From positions 1 through 64,000 of the IMG/VR virus record IMGVR_UViG_3300027986_000008: 64,000 nt of DNA; one strand, written 5' to 3'. The notes under the pieces are model-generated. The model searched no databases and was not told where the DNA came from. It saw only the letters and a program-made list of their open reading frames with translations. Each line of letters begins with the position of its first letter. Within the stretch, counting starts at the first letter, position 1. Below, piece by piece: positions 44,795 through 55,310 of the stretch. Origin of the DNA: a virus. Taxonomy: Duplodnaviria; Caudoviricetes. Both the position numbers and the translations under genes were made by a program.

Positions 44795-45724
44795 ATGTCT
44801 AGCGTCACGTGGCCGAACGGCCAAACATTCGCCTCTTCGGCGCTATCTCCGGACGGATTCAACGTCTTGATGCAGCCGCTCGTCGCTTCGATCCTTGGAA
44901 TCGACCCGGTAGCAAATCCGAACGCGGCGTATAAGACCGTCCGCGTGGCCTGGCAGACGCAGGGTCAGCCGGAGTGGGCCGTAGACGAGGACGTCTGCGT
45001 CGTGCGTTCGACTCTGAAAGATACCGGCTTCTCTCGCACTCACGACAACATCCGCGGACAGAACGACTCGACCTCTCTTGCTGATGTTTCTTCATTCACT
45101 CAAGTATGGAACTTTCGCTGCGTGCTTTACGGGCCGAACTCGGCAGATAAGGCGCGCTTGATCCTGTCAGCGATACGAGAGGATTGGGCAGCTCAGTGGA
45201 TCGTATCTCCAATTACGGATTGCTCTGTAGTCGCTCCCGGCATCAATTATCAGGTGGGAGACGTCGTCGGAGTCGTTCAGCCCGGAGCCTTCGGAGGTTC
45301 TCTTAAGGTGACCTCTTTAGGTCTCAACGGAGCCGTTGCCGGACTCGCGTTGGTTCCGGCCCAGCAAGGATATGGCTATCAAACGACGGGAACTATCGCG
45401 GCGATCTTCGACGAGACTCTCGGAACGTTCGATGAGCACTCAGGAAACTTCGATGAAGCTACCCAAGCTCTCTCAACGACTGGCGGCTCCGGAACCGGTC
45501 TGACGGTGAACATAGTGGCAAGCAACGTGTTTTTGGTTCCCGGTCCGCGCAGGCCGACGTACTCCGGAGAACCTTTCAAGAGTTTGTGGTTTAAGCGGGC
45601 TGACATCGAGATCGAGTTCAACGAACTCGTGATCGAATCGCTCATCAATCCGTCGGCAGCAGGATTAGACATCGTTCTCCTCAAGGATACCGGACTCTCG
45701 ACGACGCTCGTCCTGAGGCCGTAA
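44795..45724 (+). CDS. Tail terminator / neck protein with inserted domain
   Basis: VR..WQ..GQP, YGP.S...A, W..RAD; precedes the sheath. Confidence 0.7.
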   Translation: MSSVTWPNGQTFASSALSPDGFNVLMQPLVASILGIDPVANPNAAYKTVRVAWQTQGQPEWAVDEDVCVVRSTLKDTGFSRTHDNIRGQNDSTSLADVSSFTQVWNFRCVLYGPNSADKARLILSAIREDWAAQWIVSPITDCSVVAPGINYQVGDVVGVVQPGAFGGSLKVTSLGLNGAVAGLALVPAQQGYGYQTTGTIAAIFDETLGTFDEHSGNFDEATQALSTTGGSGTGLTVNIVASNVFLVPGPRRPTYSGEPFKSLWFKRADIEIEFNELVIESLINPSAAGLDIVLLKDTGLSTTLVLRP

Positions 45725-45743
45725 AGAAAGGAAGCACCATCAA

Positions 45744-47171
45744 ATGTCGTTACCTCTTCCACTCTCTAACATATTGAGCGTCGCCACGTTCGTATCGCCT
45801 GCTGCGGCTCCCACGCCGAGCTTTAACCAGGCCTTGATCGTCGGAGACAGCACCGTTATTCCATCGGTCGGAGCGAACTCGCGGACGAGGCTCTATCAAT
45901 CGCTCTCTGCGATCGCATCCGACGGATTCTCCACGTCGAGCGCGGAGTATCTCGCCGCTGAGCAGTACTTCGGCCAGACTCCGCAGCCGCTCAACCTGTG
46001 GCTCGGACGTAGGGATCAGACGGCGATCAATACTGCGATCATTCACACCGGCGCAGCCGGGACCGGATACGCAGTCGGGGACGTCGTGACGGTGGTTCAG
46101 GGAGGAGCTTCCGGAGGCCAACTCCAAATCACCACCGTCAGCTCCGGAGTCGTCACCGGATTCCAGATCATATCGACGGCGCGCGGCACCGGCTATTCCG
46201 TGGCATCGGCGTTGAGCACGACCGGAGGGACCGGGACCGGTCTGGAGGTCGACATCACCGTCATCGGAGAGACGCCTCTGATGGCGGTTCAGGCGTGCCG
46301 CCTCACGAATCCTCAGTGGTACTGCTGCGAGTTCGTCGGCACCGCGGTTGATTCGGACCACATCTCTATAGCCGGTGCGATCGAGGCATTTACTCCCGCA
46401 TCCACCTATTTCATTACGAGCGGAGAGACTGCGGTCCTCAATGCGGCCGCCAACAACCTCTTCGCTTCTCTTCAAGCCCTCAAGTACCGGCGCACCTTCT
46501 CCGTGTATTCGACCACGCAGGGCGGCAACTTCCCGAACAATGCGTACTCAGCTGCCGCGGTCATGGGGGTCGCGATGGGGAGGAATACCGGCGCTCCCGG
46601 CTCGTACTTCGATATCATGTTCAAGCCGATTGCCGGAGTGGCTCCCGAGCCTCTGACCGAATCTCAGGTCAACGCGATCTGCGGAACGATCGACCGGACG
46701 AGCGTCGGACTCTGCGGAAACCTGATCACCCTTTACCAGGGGAACTATACATGGACGCAGCTGGCGGTGATGGCGAGCGGAGACTTCTTCGACGAGGTGC
46801 TGAACCTCGACATGCTCGCCGCAGACATCCAGAACAGCGGCGTCGCTCTCTTGACGTCTGTTCCGGCTCTCCCGATCACAGAGGGCGGGATGACCTCGAT
46901 GAAGGCCACGGTCGCCGGAGCCTGCGACCGCGCCCAGCTTCGCGGATTCATCGCTCCGTCCGGAGTCTGGCTCGGAGTCACGATCGGAGCCGGAAACGGA
47001 GCCATCGTTAACGGACAGGCACTCCCCCACGGTTACGAGATGTACTCTCAGCCGGTGAGCCAGATGTCTCAGACTCAACGGGCGTCGAGGGTGCTACCTC
47101 AATTGACGGTGGTCCTCGTCGAAGCCCAGTCCGGCCACATGCTGAGCGTGACGGTCCAGGTGCAGAAGTAA
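45744..47171 (+). CDS. Tail sheath protein (DUF3383 type)
   Basis: R.Y.S.......F...S.EY.AA..YF.Q.P.P, FK...GV, G.FFDE. Confidence 0.9.
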   Translation: MSLPLPLSNILSVATFVSPAAAPTPSFNQALIVGDSTVIPSVGANSRTRLYQSLSAIASDGFSTSSAEYLAAEQYFGQTPQPLNLWLGRRDQTAINTAIIHTGAAGTGYAVGDVVTVVQGGASGGQLQITTVSSGVVTGFQIISTARGTGYSVASALSTTGGTGTGLEVDITVIGETPLMAVQACRLTNPQWYCCEFVGTAVDSDHISIAGAIEAFTPASTYFITSGETAVLNAAANNLFASLQALKYRRTFSVYSTTQGGNFPNNAYSAAAVMGVAMGRNTGAPGSYFDIMFKPIAGVAPEPLTESQVNAICGTIDRTSVGLCGNLITLYQGNYTWTQLAVMASGDFFDEVLNLDMLAADIQNSGVALLTSVPALPITEGGMTSMKATVAGACDRAQLRGFIAPSGVWLGVTIGAGNGAIVNGQALPHGYEMYSQPVSQMSQTQRASRVLPQLTVVLVEAQSGHMLSVTVQVQK

Positions 47172-47206
47172 ACGCTAAAATCCATTCGCGAAGGAGACTG
47201 ATTTAA

Positions 47207-47668
47207 ATGTCCACAAACATCTTAGGAACTTACAGCGCGAAGGACATGACCTTCACGTTCACGCATCCTCTCATCGGAATCATCGAGGGAGGAGGCATCC
47301 AGGAGAAGGGTATCGACGAGATCGTGGTCCGCTTGCTGACCGACAGGACCACGATGAAGATCGCCGCAGACGGCGGAGTCGTTCCGAGCGCGGTACCCGG
47401 AAATAATGGAGAAGTTGACCTCAAGTTCTTCCAGACGTCTACCCTCCAGAGCGACTTCATCGCCTGGTTCAACGCGATGATCGCAGCGGCCGATGCCGGA
47501 GACGTCTCGACGTGGGCTGCGGGAACTCTCCTCATTAAGAACACCGTCGATGGTTCCGGCCACTACTGCCGTGGAGTAGCTCCGAAGAAGCCTGCGGACA
47601 AGAGCTATCAGGCCGAGGCACAAGCCTTGACCTGGACTATGGCGTGCGCCGATATCACGAATTTATAA
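47207..47668 (+). CDS. Tail tube protein (DUF3277 type)
   Basis: TYS.KD, ADG, QTS and W...C motifs; follows the sheath. Confidence 0.85.
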   Translation: MSTNILGTYSAKDMTFTFTHPLIGIIEGGGIQEKGIDEIVVRLLTDRTTMKIAADGGVVPSAVPGNNGEVDLKFFQTSTLQSDFIAWFNAMIAAADAGDVSTWAAGTLLIKNTVDGSGHYCRGVAPKKPADKSYQAEAQALTWTMACADITNL

Positions 47669-47721
47669 AAAGCATTCCCACGTCCGAAATAAAAAGGAGC
47701 GGACGCTAAACACTCACCACA

Positions 47722-48114
47722 ATGTCAGAGAAATCGAAAGACGTCACGATCGGCGAGCGGAGATTTCGGATAGACCTAGTTCCTGCCGACGTCGGCAATT
47801 GGATCGTGCTCCAGATCGGCAGCGGAAAGATCATCCAGGAGGACGTATTCGCGAAGATCCAGAGCCATCTCCTGAGCCGTTGCTCGATCTATCATGATGA
47901 CGAGACGCCGGTCCGGATCTATCAAGACGGTAAATGGACTGACCCCAAGCTCGGTCTCCAGTATGACCTCATCACCGTCAACGACCTGATGACAGAGGCC
48001 ATGGCTTTTAACTTCGACCCTTTTTTCGCCGAGATGCAGCGCCGCAATCCGGCAGCCTTCAAAGGCGGCGAAGCAGCCTCGGCTACACTCCAGTTAACTT
48101 CCCAGACCACCTGA
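47722..48114 (+). CDS. Tail assembly chaperone
   Basis: Between tube and tape measure; ends near NFDPFF. Confidence 0.8.
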   Translation: MSEKSKDVTIGERRFRIDLVPADVGNWIVLQIGSGKIIQEDVFAKIQSHLLSRCSIYHDDETPVRIYQDGKWTDPKLGLQYDLITVNDLMTEAMAFNFDPFFAEMQRRNPAAFKGGEAASATLQLTSQTT

Positions 48115-48269
48115 GTCCATACCTCTGGAGGCCGGTCGTGGCTGGCCTCTGGAGGCAAAGCGAACTCAGCCTCTACTCCATCCACGATCTCTATGATGTA
48201 AACCTCGTCATAGACGTGCTCGAAGAGAACCGCTGGCGCGCAGCGGATGCCGCAAGGCAGAAGAAATAA
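48018..48269 (+). CDS. -1 frameshift extension of the tail chaperone (G-T type)
   Basis: Slippery C CCT TTT TTC at 48018-48027; the -1 frame gives YLWRPVVAGLW...SIHDLYDVN...EN. Confidence 0.8.
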   Translation, partial: PFFRRDAAPQSGSLQRRRSSLGYTPVNFPDHLSPYLWRPVVAGLWRQSELSLYSIHDLYDVNLVIDVLEENRWRAADAARQKK

Positions 48270-48272
48270 TAA

Positions 48273-50396
48273 GTGAAGAACGTAATCCAGGAATATCTCG
48301 TCAAGATCGGCTTCGATTCAGACGACCCGTCTCTGCGAAAGATGACGGGTACGCTCGAACACGTCGACAAGTCCGTCACCTCTCACACCGGAGGCATGAC
48401 GAAGAGAATCCTGGAGTTCCAAGGTACGATCGTCGGAGCATTCACCTCCGTCTCCGCGGCGATCATCGGTACGGTCGATAAGGTCGCCATGGCCGATCAA
48501 TCATACCGGCTCCTCGGCCTCCGGATGTTGATGACGACGGACAGCGCGCGCAAGATGGACATGATCACCAAGGCTCTCAGAGCAGACCTTGCGGAGATCG
48601 TGTGGGACCCGGAGCTTCATGCGCGAGCAGTTCAGATGGCTCAAGATATCGATCGGTGGAAGGAGTCTCTCGGAGGAGACTTTGAGGAGAAGATGCGCGG
48701 ACTCCGCGATATCCGATTCGAGATCTCCCGGCTTTCTATAGCTGCCAAGTTCCTCTCGATGAGCTTCGTATCTCACCTTGCCGAGAGACTAGGTATCGGA
48801 GACCTGGGAGCGAAGCTCCGTCAGTTCGTCGACGGATTAGATCCGGAGAAGATCAGCAAGTTTGCCGATATGCTCGCCTCTTATGCCGTTCCGGCACTGA
48901 AGGCGACGTGGACCATGATCACGCAGATGGTCGAGGTGCTGAAGTCTGCCGGATTGATGTTCACGAATTTCGTTGGCCTCCTCTCCGGAGACCGATCGAT
49001 TCAAGGAGCCGAGTTCAGCTTCGAGCACTTGGCTGGGGCTATCGCTCACGTCGGCTCGTGGATGTCTCGGCTGTTCGGATGGATCGCTCACGCAGAGGAG
49101 ATGCTAGCTCACTTCGCTTCCGCGCTATCTCTGACCTTATCCGGAAAATTCGGAGAAGCCGCCACAGAATTCAAGGCCGGTCTAAAGGACTTGACCGGTG
49201 GAAGCGGCTTACTCACCGGGATGGTGGGAGGAGCGGGAATCGGAGGATTGATCGGAACTCTTCACGGAGGAGCGGCCGGAGCAGCGGCTGGAGCCTTCTT
49301 GGGGCCTCCTGGAGCGATCGTAGGGGGACTCATAGGAGCAGGGACCGAGGCGACGGTTGGAACTGTTGCCGGGAGTGCTATCGGAGCCGGAATCGGAGCA
49401 GCTCTCGGAAAATTAAGGAAATGGTCCGGCATCGGCTCTACCGAGCAGCAACCCTCCCCAAGCCAGTCTTCAGTGGCTCCGGCCATCAAGCCTGCTCCGA
49501 CCGTTCCGACTCCGGTAATATCCGGACCGCCGCAGCTGGAATCTCCGACCTTTCGCATCCTCGTTGCTCCTCCGGAGCAGCCGACAGCCGTTAAAAGTAC
49601 TCCGGTTGAGCCGGAGAGGACGTATACGGCTGCGGAAGCCGTGCGGACCTCCGGAACTACGGACGGTCTGGTCGATCGAATATCGGCTGCTATAACGCGG
49701 TACGAAGCCGGTACGAAGCCGAATCCGATCAGTATCAGGAACAACAATCCTGGGAATCTGCGGCCTTGGTGGAAAGGCTCCGGTCCGTTCCCCGTCGACG
49801 AGCACGGCTTCATCAAGTTTCCGGATTGGGATACCGGCATGCGCTACCTGCGAAAGCAGGTCGAACTCAACGCATCACGAGGACTGACTCTGCGTGAGTT
49901 TTTCGGAGGAAAACGAGGCGTCTATTCGGGATATGCTCCGGCCGCTGACCGGAACAAGCCGGAGACGTACGCAGCTACGGTCGGAGATTGGGTCGGCATA
50001 GACGTTAATACTCCGCTTAACCGTCTGATGAACTCATACTCTTCGGGCCTCGAAGCCTCACGTGCTCCGGCTCAAAAGATCTCTCAGTCTCCGATCGCCG
50101 CATCCTCTTTCGTCGCTCCAGACGATCGCCGAAATATTCAAGGTCCTAGCCCGATTCCGGCCCTGGATAGAGATTGGAGGTCCGTCATGGAAGACTTCCA
50201 GAGGCCGATCCCCTCATCATCTAATTCGAACGTTTCGAATAACCGTCAGGAGGTCCACGTGGACGTCGGCGGAATCCACATAATGAATCCTGGCGCAAAT
50301 CCGGCTGAGATCAGCCGCGCCGTCGAGGATGGAGTGAAGCGTGCCTTAGACGGCCAGCTTTTGTCGGACATGACGCAGCTCTCTCCTCAGTTCTAG
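48273..50396 (+). CDS. Tape measure protein with lysozyme-like domain
   Basis: I.EYLV.IGF N-terminus; helical and Gly-rich regions; RNNNPGNL...YAP..D.N. Confidence 0.88.
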   Translation: MKNVIQEYLVKIGFDSDDPSLRKMTGTLEHVDKSVTSHTGGMTKRILEFQGTIVGAFTSVSAAIIGTVDKVAMADQSYRLLGLRMLMTTDSARKMDMITKALRADLAEIVWDPELHARAVQMAQDIDRWKESLGGDFEEKMRGLRDIRFEISRLSIAAKFLSMSFVSHLAERLGIGDLGAKLRQFVDGLDPEKISKFADMLASYAVPALKATWTMITQMVEVLKSAGLMFTNFVGLLSGDRSIQGAEFSFEHLAGAIAHVGSWMSRLFGWIAHAEEMLAHFASALSLTLSGKFGEAATEFKAGLKDLTGGSGLLTGMVGGAGIGGLIGTLHGGAAGAAAGAFLGPPGAIVGGLIGAGTEATVGTVAGSAIGAGIGAALGKLRKWSGIGSTEQQPSPSQSSVAPAIKPAPTVPTPVISGPPQLESPTFRILVAPPEQPTAVKSTPVEPERTYTAAEAVRTSGTTDGLVDRISAAITRYEAGTKPNPISIRNNNPGNLRPWWKGSGPFPVDEHGFIKFPDWDTGMRYLRKQVELNASRGLTLREFFGGKRGVYSGYAPAADRNKPETYAATVGDWVGIDVNTPLNRLMNSYSSGLEASRAPAQKISQSPIAASSFVAPDDRRNIQGPSPIPALDRDWRSVMEDFQRPIPSSSNSNVSNNRQEVHVDVGGIHIMNPGANPAEISRAVEDGVKRALDGQLLSDMTQLSPQF

Positions 50397-50408
50397 GACA
50401 AAATCCCG

Positions 50409-51206
50409 ATGGGAACTCCTTCCGTAACGGCTCTCTCGGCATTCAGCCAAATCTATTACGCAAGCGGCTCTGGGTTTGCGAACTCTATTCTCGGAGCGTT
50501 CGCATATCGTCCTCCGCAATGGGTTAAGTCTCAACCGGCTCTAGTTATGACGGTAGCCGATCAGACCTCCGGAACCATAACGGCCTACGTCTTCGACGGC
50601 ACTGAGAGAGCGGAGCATGAGCAGAGAGCCGTCATCACCCAGAATCCGATTCAGACCGGCGCGTCTCTCTCAGACCACATGTACACCCTTCCTCCGGTCG
50701 TCACCGCCAACATCCTGATGAGCGACTGTATGCAGTCCTTCATCGCTGGACAGTTCGCTTCCGGTCCGTCAAGGAGCGTATCGGCATACCAAACTCTCGT
50801 CGATCTTCAGCAGAATCGGAAGCCGGTCTCGATCTCCACGCGGTTGAAGCAATACGACAATATGATGATCTCTTCGATCATCACGGAAGAGACGAAGGAT
50901 ACCCTCTATGGACTGAGGGCGACGGTCACTTTCCAGAAAATCCTCACGGCCTCAATCGAGATCGTATCCTCGACGGTAAACTTCAACGTCAACCCTCTCA
51001 CTTCCGAATTTCCGCAGCAGACCGGAGCCACGATCGGAGGTCAAGCGCAATCGACTCAGGTTCCGACTGGGATCTTCAACCAGAACAACGTATCGGGTTT
51101 GCTCGCGACAACGTTGGCATCCGTTCCGAAGGTTCCGGGAGCCGGAGTATGGACGAGCACCGGTAGCGGAGTTCTCACGCAAATGGTGTCTGGATTGGGA
51201 CACTAA
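50409..51206 (+). CDS. Dit-like / tube initiator protein
   Basis: E.H....IT.NPI.TG...SDH, AYQ.L..LQ, Y.NM.I. Confidence 0.75.
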   Translation: MGTPSVTALSAFSQIYYASGSGFANSILGAFAYRPPQWVKSQPALVMTVADQTSGTITAYVFDGTERAEHEQRAVITQNPIQTGASLSDHMYTLPPVVTANILMSDCMQSFIAGQFASGPSRSVSAYQTLVDLQQNRKPVSISTRLKQYDNMMISSIITEETKDTLYGLRATVTFQKILTASIEIVSSTVNFNVNPLTSEFPQQTGATIGGQAQSTQVPTGIFNQNNVSGLLATTLASVPKVPGAGVWTSTGSGVLTQMVSGLGH

Positions 51207-51541
51207 TGTCGGCTCAACTCGTCCCGCTCACCATCGCTCCAAACCAGAGTTTTCCGGTGAGCCTCAGCGTCAACGGAAACGTAATCATCCTGAATCTCAA
51301 GTTGAGATATAACAGCCAGGGTCAGTTCTGGACCCTCGACATCGCGGACAGGCTGAACAATGCTCTCATCTCCTCGGTGCCTCTAATCACTGGAGTGTGG
51401 CCCTCCGGTAATATCCTCGGTCCGTTCGAGTACATGCAGATCGGCTCGGCATTCATCATAAACGCGAACGGAGCGCTCACCGATTGGCCGGACGACTCTA
51501 ACCTCGGGAGCGGATTCGTCCTGCTCTGGGATGACAATTAA
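51206..51541 (+). CDS. Small baseplate protein
   Basis: PNQ.F...L, W..DI, PL.TG. Confidence 0.75.
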   Translation: MSAQLVPLTIAPNQSFPVSLSVNGNVIILNLKLRYNSQGQFWTLDIADRLNNALISSVPLITGVWPSGNILGPFEYMQIGSAFIINANGALTDWPDDSNLGSGFVLLWDDN

Positions 51542-51544
51542 CCC

Positions 51545-52645
51545 ATGGCTTCTCCGGCTCAACCATCTCCGGCCCAGGCTGTTCCGTTCTTCGGCCGCGC
51601 TTGGTCGATCGGAATCGATACTGCTGACGGTAGCCATTACGTGGTTCGCAGCTCCGTCGGAAAGGGGGAAGACCCTCTCCGCGTCAGGTTCTCGGTGAAC
51701 ACCTTCATGCTTCTTGCGTACTGGACCGCCGATGTGACGATCTATAACATGAGGTCGGACGTTGCGCAGAGCATCATAAGCCAGGGATCTATCGATCTCC
51801 AAAACTTTTGGAAGTATAACCAGAACGTCCAATTGGGGGACTCTCTGACGTTGAGTGCTGGTTATAGCGGAGACTCCGGAACGACCTTCGATGCGGATGC
51901 CAATCTTCTCTTCTCCGGGCAGGTCATCCAGCCTGTGTGGACGAGGGAGAGGGTTGTCGATTTCTGCTTGACGCTTCGCTGCGTCACCGGTCTCCTTCAG
52001 GATGCCTTCAACTATGCCAGTTTCCCTCTCTCTAAGGGAGCGACTGCTTACGACACGGTAACGAAGCTCTGCAACCAGTGCAGCATTTCTCAAGAAAATA
52101 TCGATCCGGCCTCGAAGGCCGCTCTTACTCAGTCCAAGGCACCTCGCGGACAAGTCGTATTCGGTCGTCCATACGAGACCATCCGCCAGATCGCGAAGCA
52201 GAATAACCTCTCCGCATGGATAAGTCCGAACGGGCTGAACATTAGATCATTTGATCCGAAGAAGCCACCTCCAGATCCGGACTATGCGTATGGACCGGCA
52301 AATTTAAGCGGAGCCTATACGACGTCCGGAACCCAACAGGGAATCGTGAAGAATACACTGCTCGGAACTCCGGAGCAGACTCAGAATGGCGTGATCTTTC
52401 GAGTTGAGCTTGACTCCTCCGTCAAGATCGGAGACACGGTTCAGCTGGCTCCTGGAACTCTCATAAGCCCGTTTCCGGTTCAGATCGGAGCATTGCCTCC
52501 GGTGCCGAGCCGAAATGGAATTTACGTCGTAGCTGGCGTCAAGCATTCCGGTGATTCGAGGGGACGTGGAGATGATTGGGTGACGGAGATAACCGGAGTT
52601 ACGATGGACTTCTTCGCAGATTTCTTACAGGCGCACAATGGGTAG
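51545..52645 (+). CDS. Baseplate hub protein
   Basis: A.VTIYN, L.AGY, G.PEQT, Y.V....H.GDSRG..W. Confidence 0.85.
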   Translation: MASPAQPSPAQAVPFFGRAWSIGIDTADGSHYVVRSSVGKGEDPLRVRFSVNTFMLLAYWTADVTIYNMRSDVAQSIISQGSIDLQNFWKYNQNVQLGDSLTLSAGYSGDSGTTFDADANLLFSGQVIQPVWTRERVVDFCLTLRCVTGLLQDAFNYASFPLSKGATAYDTVTKLCNQCSISQENIDPASKAALTQSKAPRGQVVFGRPYETIRQIAKQNNLSAWISPNGLNIRSFDPKKPPPDPDYAYGPANLSGAYTTSGTQQGIVKNTLLGTPEQTQNGVIFRVELDSSVKIGDTVQLAPGTLISPFPVQIGALPPVPSRNGIYVVAGVKHSGDSRGRGDDWVTEITGVTMDFFADFLQAHNG

Positions 52646-53324
52646 CGGAAATTTTGGACTCGGACTAGATCAGAGGCTCTTGCCTTCGATCGCACGTTCT
52701 CAACGATTCTTAGATTCCCTCCTTCAAGCCATGAGGTGTGCGGTTCCGGCGATCGTCCAGTCTTTCTCGGCCGGACCTCCGGCGACGGTATCGGTAGTCA
52801 TCGCGACGAATGAATTGGTCACGAAGGCATTAGATGACGATCCGTTCTCGGTGCAGAGCGAGGCTCTTCAGATTCCGGTTCTTACGGACGTTCCCATTTT
52901 GATTCCCTCTGCTGGAGGCTTCAGCTTTACGGTTCCGATAACGCAGGGTGACGAGGTTCTGCTAGTATTCTCAGATACGGAGATCGACTCGTGGCTTCAA
53001 TCCGGAGGAATGAATAACCATCCGACGTCCCAGAGAAGGCATAATCTTTCAGACGCCGTCGCAATAGTCGGATTGAGATCTGCTCCGCGAGCGCTCTCCT
53101 CCTACTCAACCACTTCTGCACAGGTGAGGAGCGACGACGGCACGGTGGTAATCGACCTTAAGCCGGATCAGATCTCTGTAACAGCCCCCACGGTGCTTGT
53201 GACCGGGAGCACGACCGTTACGATCTCGGGAAACAACACTACCTCGATCGACGGTAAAGATTTTCTTCTCCACAAGCACAGCGGAGTTGCGGCCGGTTTA
53301 GCGACGACCGGGCCGGTGGTATAA
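52638..53324 (+). CDS. Baseplate spike (gp138/gpV-like)
   Basis: P.L.DVP, P...GDE.L.VF, R.H.LSD and HKH tip. Confidence 0.88.
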   Translation: MGSGNFGLGLDQRLLPSIARSQRFLDSLLQAMRCAVPAIVQSFSAGPPATVSVVIATNELVTKALDDDPFSVQSEALQIPVLTDVPILIPSAGGFSFTVPITQGDEVLLVFSDTEIDSWLQSGGMNNHPTSQRRHNLSDAVAIVGLRSAPRALSSYSTTSAQVRSDDGTVVIDLKPDQISVTAPTVLVTGSTTVTISGNNTTSIDGKDFLLHKHSGVAAGLATTGPVV

Positions 53325-53705
53325 ATGGCGACGATCATCGTGAGAGCGCTCGACAAAAACGGAGATCCACTCCGCGGTAACGGGCTTGCCAACTTCGTTT
53401 CAGATTCCGATGCTATAGCGCAGATCATCTCGACTCGGCTCCAGCTTCTCCAGGGCGAATGGTTTGAGAACACGGCCGACGGAACTCCGTTGTTTCAGCA
53501 ACTTCTCGGACACCCGATCACGTCGGAAGCCGTCGCTCTGATTCTCCGGACGCGCATCCTCGGTACGCCGTACGTAACCGAAATCTCGAACATCTCAGTT
53601 CAGTATGGGAGGGCGAGGAGAACATTCGCTTTCTCTGCTCTCGTTCAAACACAGTTCGGTCTCGTAAGCGTAACGAATCAGATTCCATCATTGACGAATT
53701 CGTGA
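53325..53705 (+). CDS. Baseplate wedge (gp25-like)
   Basis: R.LD..GD, TRL.L..GEWF, IL.T..V, T.FG. Confidence 0.85.
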   Translation: MATIIVRALDKNGDPLRGNGLANFVSDSDAIAQIISTRLQLLQGEWFENTADGTPLFQQLLGHPITSEAVALILRTRILGTPYVTEISNISVQYGRARRTFAFSALVQTQFGLVSVTNQIPSLTNS

Positions 53706-53712
53706 AAAGCTA

Positions 53713-55284
53713 ATGAGCTACGTTCCTCCCGCAATCGGCTCGTCCGGCCTGACGATTCCGCAATATACAGAAGTCCGCGACAACTTGGTCGCGTCATTTC
53801 TGTCCATATTCGGATCAGCCTCATACCTCGGTAATGACTCGCTCGACTACCAAGATATTGCCGTCAGGGCCAAGGCTATATCGGACGTCCTCCAGGCTCT
53901 TCAGGCCGTCTATCTCTCGTATAATCCGCAGACGGCGATCGGAACGAACCTCGATCTTATCGGCCGATTGATAGGAACTCCGCGAAAGGGGGCGTCGTTC
54001 TCAACCGTCGTTCTGACGCTCTCTGGGACTGCCGGTTCAGTGATCACGAACGGGATCGCGAAGGACATAAGCGGACAATTCTGGGACCTTCCATCATCGG
54101 TGGTGATCGGTGGAGGAGGGACGGCGACGGCAACCGCGACGGCTCAGAACATCGGAAACGTCACGGCCAACATCGGAGACGTTCAGATCATCGCGACTCC
54201 GACTCTCGGATGGACGAGCGTCACGAACGCGGTTCCGGCCGTGGTCGGATTGCCGGTTGAGCCGGACTCGACCTATCGAGCGCGCCTGCTGATCTCTCAG
54301 GCCGAGCCTTCGCTTACGCTTTTGGCTGGCTCCGTCGCTGGAGTAGCAGCCGTTCCTGGAGTAACGCGCTCCGTCGTATACGAGAATCCGCAAGGGTTCA
54401 CGGCAAGCTCCGGACTATGCAGTACCTCCGGAACGTCCGTAACCGGCTTGACCGGCTATCCAACCGATTCTTCCGACGATGCGCAGAGTATAACGATCAG
54501 CGGAGTATCGTACACGATATCTGCGGCCTCCGGATCATCTCTTACGCTCACGTCATCCGCTGGCACTCAGACATTAGTTCCGTACTCGATCGGATCGGCT
54601 GGAACACTCGGACCGGCTCACTCGATAACAGCCGTAGTCGAGGGAGGAGCATCCTCAGCGGTCGCTCAAGCGATCTACAATAATCGCGGAATCGGTTGCC
54701 TCACCAATGGGACGACGAGCGTGACCGTCACTGATCCTCTGAATCCGGCCATAACGATGGTGATCTCTTTCGACGTGGTGGCCTATCTACCGATATGGGT
54801 TCAGATCCTCGTCCATCCACTTCCCGGATTCACGAGCGCTACTCAAGCAGCCATTGCTCAGGACGTAGTGAACTATCTAAATTCGCTTAGTATTGGTGAG
54901 AATGTCGTCTTCAGTGAGGTATACGGCTCCTGCTTGAATGCTCGACCGAACCCTACCGTTCCTCTTTTTTCGATCCGCGGCTTCGGCGTCTCCGCGATGG
55001 TCGTGGAGACGACCGGCACACTCAACGGAACGACGGCTGTTACGCTCGCGAGCGGAACCTCTACGGCAAATGGTCAGATCGTCTCCGGCAACGGGATCGT
55101 TCCCGGAACGACGGTCGCATCCGGAGGAGGAACGACGTCAATCGTGTTGAGTGCGGCGGCAACGATAACGGCCTCCGGAGTTCCGCTTCAATTCTTCACT
55201 CCTCTCGGAGTCATAGACATATCAATGCCATTTAACTCGGCAGCGCAAGGAACTCTTCTCAACACGTTGGTGTCGACTACGTAA
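53713..55284 (+). CDS. Baseplate J-like protein
   Basis: P..A.G..LD, GW.SVTN, E.D...R.R, YEN, HSI..VVEGG. Confidence 0.9.
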   Translation: MSYVPPAIGSSGLTIPQYTEVRDNLVASFLSIFGSASYLGNDSLDYQDIAVRAKAISDVLQALQAVYLSYNPQTAIGTNLDLIGRLIGTPRKGASFSTVVLTLSGTAGSVITNGIAKDISGQFWDLPSSVVIGGGGTATATATAQNIGNVTANIGDVQIIATPTLGWTSVTNAVPAVVGLPVEPDSTYRARLLISQAEPSLTLLAGSVAGVAAVPGVTRSVVYENPQGFTASSGLCSTSGTSVTGLTGYPTDSSDDAQSITISGVSYTISAASGSSLTLTSSAGTQTLVPYSIGSAGTLGPAHSITAVVEGGASSAVAQAIYNNRGIGCLTNGTTSVTVTDPLNPAITMVISFDVVAYLPIWVQILVHPLPGFTSATQAAIAQDVVNYLNSLSIGENVVFSEVYGSCLNARPNPTVPLFSIRGFGVSAMVVETTGTLNGTTAVTLASGTSTANGQIVSGNGIVPGTTVASGGGTTSIVLSAAATITASGVPLQFFTPLGVIDISMPFNSAAQGTLLNTLVSTT

Positions 55285-55310
55285 ACGCTTAATCTGGAGA
55301 AACGATCATC

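Noticed and set aside
50394-50411. Amber readthrough fusing the tape measure to the next gene
   Set aside because: The in-frame spacing has about a 1-in-3 chance of occurring at random, and there is no other support.
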